This document shows positions 1 to 10,575 of a DNA stretch of 64,000 nt, one piece after another. Origin of the DNA: Desulfobacteraceae bacterium UBA2245 (lineage in GTDB: Bacteria > Desulfobacterota > Desulfobacteria > Desulfobacterales > UBA2245); contig DDYB01000032.1 of the NCBI GenBank assembly GCA_002347265.1, positions 193,389-257,388 of the forward strand. Reading direction: 5' to 3'. Both the position numbers and the translations under genes were made by a program. The notes beneath the pieces are model-generated. The model saw nothing but the letters and a program-made list of their open reading frames with translations, had not been told where the DNA came from and ran no database searches. Within the stretch, counting starts at the first letter, position 1. Each line of letters opens with the position of its first letter.

Positions 1-2
1 TG

Positions 3-530
3 GTGCTGGAGCCGTTGGAGAGCGCTCGTGAGCGGGGAGCGCATATATACGCCGAGGTTCTGGGATTCGGTATGAGCGGCGACGGTTTTCACATGACGGC
101 GCCGCCGCCGGACGGAGACGGAGCGGTTCGGTGCATGCAGGCGGCGCTGGACGATGCGGGGATCGGCGCCGAATCGGTGGACTACATCAATGCGCACGGC
201 ACCTCGACGCCGATGAACGATCTGTACGAGACGCGGGCGGTCAAGGCGGTGTTCAAGGAGAGCGCGCGCAGAGTGGCGATCAGTTCGACCAAATCGATGA
301 CGGGACATCTGCTGGGAGGCGCCGGCGGGATCGAGTCGGTGTTTACGGCGCTGTCGATCGACCGGGGCTTGATACCGCCGACGATCAACCTGGAGAACCC
401 CGGAGAGGAATGCGACCTGGATTATGTTCCCGGCAAGGCCCGCAGGCAGGATGTCGGAATCGCCATGAGCAATTCCTTCGGCTTCGGCGGAACCAACGGA
501 ACCCTGATCTTTAAATCCTGCCGCGAATGA
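3..530 (+). CDS. fabF: 3-oxoacyl-ACP synthase II, C-terminal part (5' end outside window)
   Basis: The translation carries KAS II C-terminal motifs ([28 protein letters not shown]). The ORF is open at the window start. Confidence 0.9.
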   Translation: MLEPLESARERGAHIYAEVLGFGMSGDGFHMTAPPPDGDGAVRCMQAALDDAGIGAESVDYINAHGTSTPMNDLYETRAVKAVFKESARRVAISSTKSMTGHLLGGAGGIESVFTALSIDRGLIPPTINLENPGEECDLDYVPGKARRQDVGIAMSNSFGFGGTNGTLIFKSCRE

Positions 531-644
531 CAGCCGCATCCGCCAGGTTTTTTGTCGAACCCCCCGCTTTTTTTGGATTCTAAGGACGGCCTCCGGTTTT
601 CAATCAATTTTTTTCTTGCGGTTATGCCAGAATGATATATTAAA

Positions 645-676
645 AATGCGATTCCGTCGTTTGACGGAATCGCATT
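645..676. other. perfect 14-bp stem / GTTT loop hairpin 33 nt upstream of rpiB
   Basis: AATGCGATTCCGTC-gttt-GACGGAATCGCATT read directly from the sequence. No T-run follows it on the + strand. Confidence 0.4.
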
Positions 677-708
677 TGAACGATTCAAACCAGATCAGGT
701 GGTGGACG

Positions 709-1173
709 ATGAATCAGGACGCTTCAAAAATCATCATGGGCAGCGATCATGCCGCCTATTCGTTGAAGGAGACGGTCAAGCGCTATCTGACGGAGCGCAA
801 AATCGCGGTGGAGGATATCGGCACACACGGCACGGCATCGGTCAGTTACGTGGATTATGCCGCCAGGGTTGCCAGGGCCGTGTCGGCAGGGCAGTTTCAG
901 CGAGGCATACTGCTTTGCGGCACCGGTCTGGGCATGTCCATCGTTGCCAACCGGTTTCCTGGAATCCGGGCCGCTTTGTGCAATGACCTTTTTAACGCCA
1001 TGATGAGCCGGCGTCACAATAACGCCAATATTCTGGTGATGGGCGGGCGGATCGTCGGAGAGGCGCTTGCGCTGGAAATCGTTAAAGTCTGGCTTGAGAC
1101 GCCTTTTGAAGGGGGGCGCCACCAGGAGAGAATCGACGCTCTGGATCGTCTGGCGGTCCCAGAACAGGCCTGA
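709..1173 (+). CDS. rpiB: ribose-5-phosphate isomerase B
   Basis: RpiB/LacAB motifs are present (GSDHAAY, CGTGLGMSIVANR, GGRHQERI). The start is placed at ATG 709 behind a GGTGG RBS rather than at the ORF-track start 616. Confidence 0.85.
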   Translation: MNQDASKIIMGSDHAAYSLKETVKRYLTERKIAVEDIGTHGTASVSYVDYAARVARAVSAGQFQRGILLCGTGLGMSIVANRFPGIRAALCNDLFNAMMSRRHNNANILVMGGRIVGEALALEIVKVWLETPFEGGRHQERIDALDRLAVPEQA

Positions 1174-1235
1174 CGCTGTTGTGCCGTGACGCCCGATTTT
1201 TGTCATAAAAGTTTGAAAAGAGAGGGGAAGGACCG

Positions 1236-2480
1236 TTGGATTTAAGAAGCATTGAAGCCATAGATCCCGAGATTGCGGCGGCCATCGCCCAGGAAATAGA
1301 AAGACAGGCCTATACGCTGGAGCTGATCGCTTCGGAGAATATCGCAAGCCCTGCCGTTATGGCCGCTCAAGGAAGCGTGCTGACCAATAAATACGCCGAG
1401 GGATATCCGGATAAACGCTATTACGGCGGGTGCGAATATGTCGATATTGCTGAAAAATTAGCGATCGAACGCGCCAGGGAGTTGTTTGGATGCGATTACG
1501 TCAATGTCCAGCCTCACTCGGGTTCCCAGGCCAATATGGCGACTTATTTCGCCCTGCTGTCTCCGGGGGACACGGTGCTGGGGATGAATCTGGCTCATGG
1601 CGGGCATCTGACCCACGGAAGCCCGGTGAGTTTTTCCGGAAAGCTTTTTCATTTCGTGCATTACGGGGTGAACCGGGAGACGGGAACCATAGACTATGAA
1701 GAGTTGAGCCGCATCGCTCATGAGGCTCGGCCCAAAATGATCGTCGCCGGCGCCAGCGCATACCCCAGGATTCTGGACTTTAAGGCATTTTCCGATATTG
1801 CCGCATCCGTAGGCGCTTACCTGATGGTGGATATGGCCCATATTGCCGGCCTGGTGGCGGCCGGGGAACATCCGTCGCCGGTTCCCTACGCCGATGTCGT
1901 GACTTCGACGACCCACAAAACTCTCAGAGGCCCGCGGGGCGGCCTGATTCTGGCCAGGGAAGCCTATGGCCAGGCGCTGAACCGGGAAATATTCCCCGGC
2001 ATTCAGGGCGGTCCGCTGATGCATGTGATTGCCGCCAAGGCTGTGGCTTTTCAGGAAGCGCTGTCGGATTACTTCAAGCTGTACCAGCATTGTGTGGTCC
2101 AGAACGCCGGAGTTCTGGCGGACCGTCTCATGGCTCAGGGCATTTCCCTGGTTTCCGGTGGCACCGATAACCACCTGATGCTGGTGGATCTGACCAACCT
2201 GGGCATTACGGGAAAGGAGGCCGAGGCGGTTCTGGGAAAAGCCGGCATCACGGTCAACAAGAACTCCATCCCTTTTGAGACGCGAAGCCCCTTTGTCACC
2301 AGCGGCATTCGGATCGGAACTCCCGCAGTGACCACGCGTGGGATGGGGGAAGGCGAGATGGAAGTGATTGCCGATCTGATCGTTCAGGTGCTGAAGAATC
2401 CGCAAAAGGATTCCGTGGTTCAGTCCTGCAGGGAAAAGGTCTGGCAGATGTGTGAGAATTTCATGGTTTACCAGGGATGA
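1236..2480 (+). CDS. glyA: serine hydroxymethyltransferase
   Basis: Full-length SHMT with the [15 protein letters not shown]-lysine motif. It has a TTG start. Confidence 0.95.
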   Translation: MDLRSIEAIDPEIAAAIAQEIERQAYTLELIASENIASPAVMAAQGSVLTNKYAEGYPDKRYYGGCEYVDIAEKLAIERARELFGCDYVNVQPHSGSQANMATYFALLSPGDTVLGMNLAHGGHLTHGSPVSFSGKLFHFVHYGVNRETGTIDYEELSRIAHEARPKMIVAGASAYPRILDFKAFSDIAASVGAYLMVDMAHIAGLVAAGEHPSPVPYADVVTSTTHKTLRGPRGGLILAREAYGQALNREIFPGIQGGPLMHVIAAKAVAFQEALSDYFKLYQHCVVQNAGVLADRLMAQGISLVSGGTDNHLMLVDLTNLGITGKEAEAVLGKAGITVNKNSIPFETRSPFVTSGIRIGTPAVTTRGMGEGEMEVIADLIVQVLKNPQKDSVVQSCREKVWQMCENFMVYQG

Positions 2481-3004
2481 TCAGCTGCCCGGAATCAATA
2501 TTCGAGGAACCAATGCAGACGCCCCAATCGTTTAAGGAACGGGCATTCAGACGCCCCTCATGGGATGAATATTTCATGGACATCGCCGAACTGGTCTCCA
2601 GGCGTTCGACGTGTCGACGACGGGCGGTCGGGGCGGTGATCGTCAAGGACAAGCGGATATTGTCCACCGGATACAACGGCGCTCCGTCCGGCCTTCGGCA
2701 TTGCCTTGAAATCGGATGCCTGCGGGAGCAAATGGATGTTCCGTCCGGAGAGCGGCATGAACTGTGCCGGGGTATTCATGCCGAACAGAATGCCATCATT
2801 CAGGCGGCTTTTCATGGGGTATCCATTCGGGATTCCGTAATGTATTGCACCAATCTGCCCTGTTCCATCTGCTGCAAGATGATCATCAACGCGGGAATCA
2901 AAACGATCTATTATCTGTCCGCGTATTCGGATGTTCTGTCCGAGGAAATGCTGGTCGAAGCCGGTGTTTCCTCGATCAGGCTTTGCCGGAAGGAGGAAGC
3001 ATGA
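2477..3004 (+). CDS. dCMP (deoxycytidylate) deaminase, ComEB-like
   Basis: Cytidine/deoxycytidylate deaminase zinc motifs HAEQNA and PCSICCKMI. The start is ambiguous (2477 or ATG 2513). Confidence 0.8.
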   Translation: MISCPESIFEEPMQTPQSFKERAFRRPSWDEYFMDIAELVSRRSTCRRRAVGAVIVKDKRILSTGYNGAPSGLRHCLEIGCLREQMDVPSGERHELCRGIHAEQNAIIQAAFHGVSIRDSVMYCTNLPCSICCKMIINAGIKTIYYLSAYSDVLSEEMLVEAGVSSIRLCRKEEA

Positions 3005-3507
3005 AATGCCCTTTTTGCGGACAGGCCGCTGATAAGGTGATCGATTCTCGAACCAGCAAGGAAGGAGACGTGATCCGCCGTCGTCGGGAATGCACCGCAT
3101 GCCTGAGGCGCTTTACAACCTACGAGCATATTGAGGAAATCCCCATCATGATCATCAAGAAGGACGGGCGGCGGGAGGCTTTTAACCGCGAAAAGGTCCG
3201 CCAGGGGATCATGAAGGCCTGCGAGAAGCGCAAGATCAGCATGAACGATATCGAGGAGTTTCTGGACGATCTGCAGCGGGATCTTCGGGAGACCGGTGAA
3301 AAAGAGGTCTCCTCGTCGGTGGTCGGCGAAAAGATCATGGGAATGCTTCATGATCTGGACAAGATCGCCTATGTCCGGTTTGCCTCGGTTTACAGGGAAT
3401 TCAAAGATGTCAACGACTTTGTATCCGAGGTCAGAAAGCTTCCTTCCCAGTCAGGGGCAAGCGGTGATTTGATTCAGAAGAATGAACCCGACGACTCAGC
3501 CAGATGA
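3001..3507 (+). CDS. nrdR: transcriptional repressor NrdR
   Basis: MKCPFCG...CTAC zinc ribbon followed by an ATP-cone. ATG 3001 lies inside the longer ORF 2764..3507. Confidence 0.93.
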   Translation: MKCPFCGQAADKVIDSRTSKEGDVIRRRRECTACLRRFTTYEHIEEIPIMIIKKDGRREAFNREKVRQGIMKACEKRKISMNDIEEFLDDLQRDLRETGEKEVSSSVVGEKIMGMLHDLDKIAYVRFASVYREFKDVNDFVSEVRKLPSQSGASGDLIQKNEPDDSAR

Positions 3508-4603
3508 ACCCTTCATGGCCGTAGCTCTGGAGCTGGCGGCTCATGGCCGGGGCCGCACCTCTCCGAATCCCATGGTCGGTGCGGTGGTGGTCAGAAATGG
3601 AAGGATCGTAGGCCGGGGATTCCACGAGGCGGCCGGAAAACCCCATGCAGAGGTCAACGCCATAGAGGATGCCGGCGACCAGGCCCTGGGGGCAGACCTG
3701 TATGTTACCCTGGAACCCTGCAATCATACGGGGAGAACTCCGCCCTGTACCGAAACCATACTTCGGGCCGGCATTCGGCGCGTGGTAGCAGCCATGAGAG
3801 ATCCGAATCCCCGGGTTGCCGGCGGGGGGCTGGACTATCTGAGCCGATCGGGTTTACAGACGGTTGCGGGGATTCTGGAGGCCGAGGCCCGAAGACTCAA
3901 TGAAAGTTTTGTCAAGTTTATTCAGACCGGCAGACCCTTTGTCATTCTGAAATGCGCCGCTACTTTGGATGGACGCATTGCGACGCGAACCGGCGATTCC
4001 AAGTGGATTTCAAATGAACAGTCCCGGGCTTATGTCCATGAGTTGCGACATGCCGCGGACGCGGTTCTGGTTGGCATCAATACCATCCGGTGCGATGATC
4101 CGCTTCTGACCGCCCGGCTTGAAACCGGACGGGGAAAGGATCCGGCGCGCATTGTTCTGGATACCCGGCTTTCCATCGATCCGAGGGCCAGGGTGCTTTC
4201 AGTTGACTCCGAGGCGGAAACCCTTGTCGTGTGCGGATGTCCTGTGGATGCCGGGAAAAAAGCCGCGATCGAGAAGAAAGGGGTTCGCATTTTAGAGGCG
4301 CCGGTCAAGGATTCTCATATCGATATGCGGGCTTTGATGCCGCTTCTGGGGCAGATGGAAATCACATCCGTTCTCATCGAGGGCGGCGGACGCGTCAGCG
4401 CCGCTGCGGTGGCGGCAGGCATCGTGGATAAGGTCGTATTTTTTTACGCGCCTAAAATTCTGGGAGGTGACGACGGTGTTCCGATTTTTCGGGGCGTCGG
4501 GCCCCGCCTGATGAGTGAATGCATTCGGATCAGAGACATTCGAACGCAGAGATTCGGGGATGATGTGATGATAGAGGGTTATGTCGATTCAACCCCTTTT
4601 TGA
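3482..4603 (+). CDS. ribD: bifunctional diaminohydroxyphosphoribosylaminopyrimidine deaminase / 5-amino-6-(5-phosphoribosylamino)uracil reductase
   Basis: Deaminase motifs (HAEVNA, PCNHTGRTPPC) plus a C-terminal RibD reductase domain. Confidence 0.93.
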   Translation: MNPTTQPDEPFMAVALELAAHGRGRTSPNPMVGAVVVRNGRIVGRGFHEAAGKPHAEVNAIEDAGDQALGADLYVTLEPCNHTGRTPPCTETILRAGIRRVVAAMRDPNPRVAGGGLDYLSRSGLQTVAGILEAEARRLNESFVKFIQTGRPFVILKCAATLDGRIATRTGDSKWISNEQSRAYVHELRHAADAVLVGINTIRCDDPLLTARLETGRGKDPARIVLDTRLSIDPRARVLSVDSEAETLVVCGCPVDAGKKAAIEKKGVRILEAPVKDSHIDMRALMPLLGQMEITSVLIEGGGRVSAAAVAAGIVDKVVFFYAPKILGGDDGVPIFRGVGPRLMSECIRIRDIRTQRFGDDVMIEGYVDSTPF

Positions 4604-4613
4604 CGGAAAGCCT

Positions 4614-5255
4614 ATGTTTACCGGAATTATTGAGGGATTGGGAACCATTGTCGCCATGAGATCTGCAGCCCAGGGCAAGCGGATCGCCTTGGCGGCGGAT
4701 TTTGATCTTGAGGGCGCCAAAATCGGCGACAGCATCGCTGTCAACGGGGCGTGCCTGACGGTGGTTGTCCTTCAGGGAAGCCGGTTTGAAGCGGATGTGT
4801 CTCCGGAAACCCTTCAAAGAACCGCCTTCTCAAGATCCGTGATCGGGGACCGGGTGAATCTCGAACGGGCTTTGCGTTTTTCGGACCGGCTGGACGGCCA
4901 TCTGGTTTCCGGGCATATTGACGGCGTGGGATTTCTTCGCGACCGGCAGTCCCAGGGCAATTCGATCCTTGTGACGATCGAGGCGCCGCGCGCCCTGACC
5001 CGCTATATCATCGAAAAAGGATCCATATCTCTGGACGGAATCAGTTTGACCGTCAACCGCGTTGAATCCGATCGATTTCAGCTCAGCATCATTCCGCACA
5101 CGGCAAAATTAACAACGATCGGCTTTAAAAAAATCGGTGATCCTGTTAACATTGAAACCGACCTGATCGGTAAATATGTCGAGCGCTTTGTATCGACCCG
5201 ATCCGAAGGTCCATCCATTGACAGGGACTTTCTGGCAAGAAACGGATTTATCTGA
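4614..5255 (+). CDS. ribE: riboflavin synthase alpha chain
   Basis: MFTGIIEG start and a duplicated lumazine-binding repeat ([13 protein letters not shown] / [12 protein letters not shown]). Confidence 0.9.
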   Translation: MFTGIIEGLGTIVAMRSAAQGKRIALAADFDLEGAKIGDSIAVNGACLTVVVLQGSRFEADVSPETLQRTAFSRSVIGDRVNLERALRFSDRLDGHLVSGHIDGVGFLRDRQSQGNSILVTIEAPRALTRYIIEKGSISLDGISLTVNRVESDRFQLSIIPHTAKLTTIGFKKIGDPVNIETDLIGKYVERFVSTRSEGPSIDRDFLARNGFI

Positions 5256-5294
5256 AATGCTTGCCGATAAAACTTTAGGAGATGAACGAAGATT

Positions 5295-6548
5295 ATGGCG
5301 TTGATTACAGTTGAACAGGCGCTTGAGGACATTCGGGCCGGCCGCATGGTCATTCTTGTGGATGACGAGGATCGCGAAAACGAGGGTGACCTGACGGTCG
5401 CCGCGGAAAAGGTGACGCCTGAGATTATCAATTTTATGGCGAAATACGGCCGCGGGCTGATCTGCCTTTCAATGACCCGGGAAAAGATCGAATCTCTGGA
5501 ACTGCCGATGATGGTGGAAAACAACACCTCACAGTTTCAGACGGGATTTACCGTTTCCATTGAAGCCAGAAAGGGCGTGTCGACCGGAATATCGGCCGCA
5601 GACAGGGCCACGACGATTCTGACGGCAATCGCGGATGACGCCGAACCGCACGATCTGGTTCGTCCCGGTCACGTATTCCCCCTTCGGGCTCAGGATGGGG
5701 GCGTGATGGTGCGCACCGGTCAGACCGAAGGCTCCGTGGATCTGGCCAGGCTGGCGGGGCTGAAGCCGGCGGGCGTGATTTGCGAGATCATGAACGAGGA
5801 CGGCACCATGGCCCGCATGCCGAGCCTTCAGCAGTTCAGCGAAGAACACGGCATTGGAATCTGCACGATTGCGGATTTGATCGAATACCGCATGCACAGG
5901 GAAAGCTTTGTGCACAGGGCGGCCGAGACGGTTATTCCGACGAGTTTTGCCGGTGAATTCAAGGCGGTGGTGTATGAAAACGATGTGGATGATCTGCTGC
6001 ATCTGGCCATGGTCAAGGGGGAGATTGATTCCGACAAGCCCGTCCTGGTTCGGGTTCACTCGGAATGCCTGACCGGCGATATTTTTGGTTCCCTGCGCTG
6101 CGATTGCGGAGATCAGCTTCACAAGGCCATGGAGATGATGGATCAGGAAGGGTCCGGAATCTTGCTTTACATCCGTCAGGAAGGCCGGGGCATCGGACTG
6201 GTCAACAAGCTCAGAGCGTATGCCCTGCAGGATCAGGGACGCGACACGGTCGAAGCCAACATAGAACTGGGATTCAAGGCGGATCTTCGAAATTACGGCC
6301 TGGGCGCTCAGATTCTCGTGGACCTGGGAGTCAGGAAAATGAGACTGTTGACCAACAACCCCAAGAAGATCATCGGCCTTCAGGGCTATGGACTGAGCAT
6401 TGTGGAACAGGTTCCCATCGAGATTGCGCCCAACGAGTTCAATCGTTATTATCTGGAGTGCAAGAAGAAGAAAATGGGGCATCTGCTGAAAATGAATGAA
6501 AATCAATCATGCTGTTCGCCGCATGACAAAAAGCCGCCGGAGGAATAA
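5295..6548 (+). CDS. ribBA: bifunctional 3,4-dihydroxy-2-butanone-4-phosphate synthase / GTP cyclohydrolase II
   Basis: DHBP synthase N-terminal half ([11 protein letters not shown]) and GCH-II half (HSECLTGD...RCDCG). Confidence 0.93.
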   Translation: MALITVEQALEDIRAGRMVILVDDEDRENEGDLTVAAEKVTPEIINFMAKYGRGLICLSMTREKIESLELPMMVENNTSQFQTGFTVSIEARKGVSTGISAADRATTILTAIADDAEPHDLVRPGHVFPLRAQDGGVMVRTGQTEGSVDLARLAGLKPAGVICEIMNEDGTMARMPSLQQFSEEHGIGICTIADLIEYRMHRESFVHRAAETVIPTSFAGEFKAVVYENDVDDLLHLAMVKGEIDSDKPVLVRVHSECLTGDIFGSLRCDCGDQLHKAMEMMDQEGSGILLYIRQEGRGIGLVNKLRAYALQDQGRDTVEANIELGFKADLRNYGLGAQILVDLGVRKMRLLTNNPKKIIGLQGYGLSIVEQVPIEIAPNEFNRYYLECKKKKMGHLLKMNENQSCCSPHDKKPPEE

Positions 6549-6551
6549 ATC

Positions 6552-7025
6552 ATGCCGAAAGTTTTTGAAGGAAAACTGCTTGCACAGAATAAGAAGTTTG
6601 GAATCGTGGTGAGTCGTTTCAATGATTTTATCACCGAGAAGCTGGTCGGCGGCGCTATCGACGCCCTGACGCGATGCGGGGCTGCGGATGCGGATATCGA
6701 GATCGTCAAGGTTCCCGGTGCGTTTGAGATTCCCATGATCGCAAGGAAGATGGCGGGGAAGAAGCGATATGATGCCATTATCTGCCTGGGCGCGGTGATT
6801 CGAGGATCCACGCCGCATTTTGACTATGTGAGCGCCGAGGTTTCCAAGGGAGTCGCCCAGGTGGGCATGGAGGCCGGAGTGCCGGTGATTTTTGGCATTC
6901 TGACCACGGACAATATTGAACAGGCGATTGAACGGGCAGGCTCCAAGGCAGGTAACAAGGGCTGGAGTGCAGCTGTTTCGGCCGTTGAGATGGTGAATCT
7001 GGTTTCGGAACTGGACAAAAAATAA
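6552..7025 (+). CDS. ribH: 6,7-dimethyl-8-ribityllumazine synthase
   Basis: Typical RibH sequence ([25 protein letters not shown]). Confidence 0.95.
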   Translation: MPKVFEGKLLAQNKKFGIVVSRFNDFITEKLVGGAIDALTRCGAADADIEIVKVPGAFEIPMIARKMAGKKRYDAIICLGAVIRGSTPHFDYVSAEVSKGVAQVGMEAGVPVIFGILTTDNIEQAIERAGSKAGNKGWSAAVSAVEMVNLVSELDKK

Positions 7026-7026
7026 T

Positions 7027-7491
7027 ATGGGCGTGCGTCGTAAATCCCGAGAGCTTGCCATGCAAGCTCTTTTTTATATGGACATGCAGAAGGAGATCTC
7101 CTGCGAGATGCTGGCCGTGTTTTGCCGGAATTTCACTCCGGCTAAGAAGGTCTTCCCGTTTTTCAAAGAGTTGACCGAAGGAGTGATCGCCCATCGCGGG
7201 CAAATTGACCAGCTCATCGAGCACTTTTCCAGTAACTGGAAAATCAGCCGTATGTCCTGCGTGGATCGCAACATCATGCGCATGGCTGTTTACGAGCTTC
7301 TGTTCTGCACGGAAATTCCGCCGAAAGTTTCGATCAACGAGGCCATTGACGTCGGAAAGCGTTTCGGCACGGAAGAATCCGGGGCGTTTATCAACGGCAT
7401 TCTCGATACGATCCGGATAGCCATTGAAGAGGGAAAGATTGTTCGAATGACGGATCCGCTCGCCGACCATAATTCTGAAGACGGGGTTTGA
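7027..7491 (+). CDS. nusB: transcription antitermination factor NusB
   Basis: NusB fold sequence (RELAMQALF..., INEAIDVGKRFG) in the classic position after ribH. Confidence 0.9.
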   Translation: MGVRRKSRELAMQALFYMDMQKEISCEMLAVFCRNFTPAKKVFPFFKELTEGVIAHRGQIDQLIEHFSSNWKISRMSCVDRNIMRMAVYELLFCTEIPPKVSINEAIDVGKRFGTEESGAFINGILDTIRIAIEEGKIVRMTDPLADHNSEDGV

Positions 7492-7531
7492 TGGATATTC
7501 CTGAAGAAATTGCATTTAGAGGAGGTTTGCA

Positions 7532-8158
7532 TTGATCATCAAAGAACTGGCTGTCGGGCCGATCATGGCCAACTGTTTTATTCTGGGGTGCGAGACCAGC
7601 AAAGAGGCCATTGTGATTGATCCGGGCGATGACGTTGACAAGATTCTGCTTTCCCTGGCCGAGTCCAAGCTTACGGCAAAATATATCGTCAATACGCACG
7701 GGCATTTTGATCATACCGGCGGAAACCGGAAACTCAAGGCGTCCACGGGCGCGCAGCTTCTGATTCATGAGATGGATATTCCCATGCTCAGCCAGATTGC
7801 CGCCAGCGCGGCGGCGTGGGGCCTTTATGCGGAAGACTCGCCCCCGCCGGACCGCATTTTAGAAGACGGGGACTCCATCGCCTGCGGAACCATTCACCTT
7901 CAGGTGCTTCATACGCCCGGACACAGCCCCGGCGGGATCTCGCTTTATACCGACGACATGGTGTTTGTCGGAGACACTCTTTTTGCAGGGTCCATCGGTC
8001 GAACCGATTTGCCGGGCGGAAATTACGATACGCTGATCGGCATGATAAAGAAGAAGCTGTTCCCCCTGGGAGACAAGGTTGCGGTCTATGCCGGCCATGG
8101 ACCGGCCACAACCATCGGCAGGGAGAGGCGCTATAATCCTTTTGTGGGAGAACGTTGA
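7532..8158 (+). CDS. MBL-fold metallo-hydrolase (glyoxalase II-like)
   Basis: HTHGHFDHTGG metal motif, length about 208 aa, TTG start. Confidence 0.8.
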   Translation: MIIKELAVGPIMANCFILGCETSKEAIVIDPGDDVDKILLSLAESKLTAKYIVNTHGHFDHTGGNRKLKASTGAQLLIHEMDIPMLSQIAASAAAWGLYAEDSPPPDRILEDGDSIACGTIHLQVLHTPGHSPGGISLYTDDMVFVGDTLFAGSIGRTDLPGGNYDTLIGMIKKKLFPLGDKVAVYAGHGPATTIGRERRYNPFVGER

Positions 8159-8173
8159 AAGTTTCAATGCGCA

Positions 8174-9607
8174 TCAGAAGCCGGGAGAAGAATCGGAGAT
8201 CTGCGTGAAGTACTGGATATCCTTGTGCTTGAGGATGTCGTAGTAAATTGTGATCTGTTCGATATATTTGACCGCCTCGCTTCCCCGGCAATAACCGTGA
8301 CGAGCGTCCTTGAAGTAGACCCTCTGCTGCAGCAGGGGAAGGACTTCGACCATGGAAGTCCACTTGTCCGGGGGCAGCTTCAATTTCCGGGCGAGATTCC
8401 GTGCATCAAAAACATGCCCCAGGCCGAGGTTGTAGGCGGCAAGGGCCGTAAACAGGCGGTCCTGTTCCGGAATTCCCGAGAAATAGTCGTAAAGCCTTCT
8501 AAAATACCGCACGCCTGCGGCGATATTCTGCCCCGGATTCAGCACGTCCTCCACGTTCAGACTTTCGGCTGTGGAGGAAGTCAACTGCATCAGCCCGAAG
8601 GCTCCGGCCGGACTCTGGGCGTCAGGATCGAACTGGGATTCCTGGTACATCTGGGCTGTGATCAGCCGCCAGTCCAGGTCGTTTTTTTCGGCAGCCTGCT
8701 GGACGATATTTTTGAACGGGGGGAACCGGGTTTTCAGCCGGAAGTGAAACATGCTTAAGTCCATGTAGTCGATGGATTCCAGGTTCGCATAATACCGATC
8801 GTAAATTTCGTCGAATACGCCATTTTCTTGAATCGTCTCAAAAAAAGAATTGATCTGGTGCAAGAGTTTCCGGGAATTTTTTTTGACCGCCCAGCCAAGG
8901 AAGAAGCTTGAGCTGATGGGCTCTGAGATCACTATCTGGTGGTAGTGGCGGCGGGTACGGAGGGCGAGGTTGGTGGCGGCGATGGTTGCTTCCAGTTTTC
9001 CTGCGGCGACCTGCCGGATCAGTTCCTCGGCTGGAGCGTTGGCGTGCAGTTTGATTTTCAGATCATGGCCCTGGCGTTTCAGCGCCCTCAAATGGTCGTG
9101 ATAGATGGAGCCGATGGATACATGTATCTTCTTGCTGCCCAAATCGTCTAAACCGCCGGCCGATGCGTTCTTTCGATGGGCAACAAGATGCTGTTGAATC
9201 TCCAGATAGCCGTTTGAAAATGAAATTTCCTGAGAGTTCCGATTGGTTATGGGGATATTGGCCGCAATAAAGGCGGCTTTGTTGTTCTTCAAAGCCGTTA
9301 CCATGGATTCCCATGTTTCGGTTGAACATACCTTGAGCCGGACGCCGAGATATTCGGCAAAGGCCTTGGCCAGGTCATATTCAAAGCCCATGGGCTGACC
9401 GCGGTAAGAATAATAGCAATCCGCATCATTGCGGGTGATCATGGTGATCTCACCGGCTTCAAGAATTTCATCCAGAAGGCCGCGGGGAGTCATCTGTTCA
9501 CAACCGGAGAAAAACATGGATGGAAGCATCACCAGGCACAAGAGCATCTTGACCCAGCCGGGCAATGATTTGAAATCCGGGTATCCTTTTGCCGTCAATC
9601 GCAACAA
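8174..9607 (-). CDS. mltF: lytic murein transglycosylase with N-terminal solute-binding (SBP_bac_3-like) domain, MltF-like lipoprotein
   Basis: SLT catalytic motif (YQESQFDPDAQSPAGAFGLMQL) follows a PBP-type domain, and there is an FFSGC lipobox. The start may instead be Met at 9547. Confidence 0.75.
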   Translation of the reverse strand: MLRLTAKGYPDFKSLPGWVKMLLCLVMLPSMFFSGCEQMTPRGLLDEILEAGEITMITRNDADCYYSYRGQPMGFEYDLAKAFAEYLGVRLKVCSTETWESMVTALKNNKAAFIAANIPITNRNSQEISFSNGYLEIQQHLVAHRKNASAGGLDDLGSKKIHVSIGSIYHDHLRALKRQGHDLKIKLHANAPAEELIRQVAAGKLEATIAATNLALRTRRHYHQIVISEPISSSFFLGWAVKKNSRKLLHQINSFFETIQENGVFDEIYDRYYANLESIDYMDLSMFHFRLKTRFPPFKNIVQQAAEKNDLDWRLITAQMYQESQFDPDAQSPAGAFGLMQLTSSTAESLNVEDVLNPGQNIAAGVRYFRRLYDYFSGIPEQDRLFTALAAYNLGLGHVFDARNLARKLKLPPDKWTSMVEVLPLLQQRVYFKDARHGYCRGSEAVKYIEQITIYYDILKHKDIQYFTQISDSSPGF

Positions 9608-10033
9608 TTAAAAGGCTCCCAGCTGACAGGGCCTGATTTTGATGCCGATCGTTTCACACACTCCGCTGACGGTCATTTTGGCCACCTTGAATTTCCGGGC
9701 GATGTCCCATGCCGCGCGGCAGGGCAGGCGCTGTTCAATCAGCGCGGCCCGGATCGCATCTTCGAGGCCTTCAATCGGAGAATCTACCGGTTGAACGATC
9801 TTTTTACGGGGTCCGAATCCGAAAATTCCCAGCTGGCAGCGAGCCAACCGTACATTCATCAGATCCGCGGTCTTTCCCACCTGATCTGCAGATACATCAA
9901 GCGCTTTGGCGATTTTAAAGGCCGACGCGCACCAAAGCTCACCATTTTGAAGGTGATTTTCAATCTGATGACGAATCAAAGGGGACAGCACAGCTCCCGG
10001 TTCGTGTTTTTCTGAAAAAGATTTTGAACTCAT
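9608..10033 (-). CDS. hypothetical protein with two tandem HTH-like Cys-containing repeats
   Basis: Internal duplication: LWCASAFKIAKALDVSADQVGKTADLMNVRLARCQLGIFGF versus LPCRAAWDIARKFKVAKMTVSGVCETIGIKIRPCQLGAF. Its stop abuts the mltF-like start. Confidence 0.6.
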   Translation of the reverse strand: MSSKSFSEKHEPGAVLSPLIRHQIENHLQNGELWCASAFKIAKALDVSADQVGKTADLMNVRLARCQLGIFGFGPRKKIVQPVDSPIEGLEDAIRAALIEQRLPCRAAWDIARKFKVAKMTVSGVCETIGIKIRPCQLGAF

Positions 10034-10575
10034 TTTTCGAATCCTTTGAATATCTGAAAATTTTCTTCTTTAAGAAGCGCAACACAGGCATCCACTGCGG
10101 CTTCATGTGAATCCGCCACATTCCGGCGGCATTTTAAACACGTACGCATCAATCATTTTACTCAACCATGAATTCACGAGGCATGAAGACCTTCGGAATA
10201 CCGCTGTTTCAGCTTGCTCAAAGCCCGGCCGACTGCGGGGAGTCGCTATTTTTCTTGAACAAATCCAACGGGTCTGATAGTGAAATACCCGGTTGAACAT
10301 CGATCTTTATCGCTGAAACCTTTGTCGGCGAAGATCGGCGGTATGTTGCCATGTTCATGTGCTCCTTGCCGGGCGCGATGCCCAATGCGCTCTTCCGCTG
10401 CACATTCATTCAGCCGGGTTGCCAAATAACAGAGGTATTTTGTCGATGCTTAGTGCCTTAACTATTGACAGCCTCACAAATATGGGCTTCGGGCTGTATT
10501 TTGTCAACCAATTTCCGGCAAAGGACGGCGGCGGTGTCAGGCGGCTGCGTTTCGGGTTGAAGGAAAGCAAGGTCT

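Noticed and set aside
2477-7491. Looked for an FMN riboswitch associated with the rib cluster.
   Set aside because: The genes from glyA through nusB are tightly packed or overlapping, leaving no leader long enough. No FMN-element-like sequence was seen.
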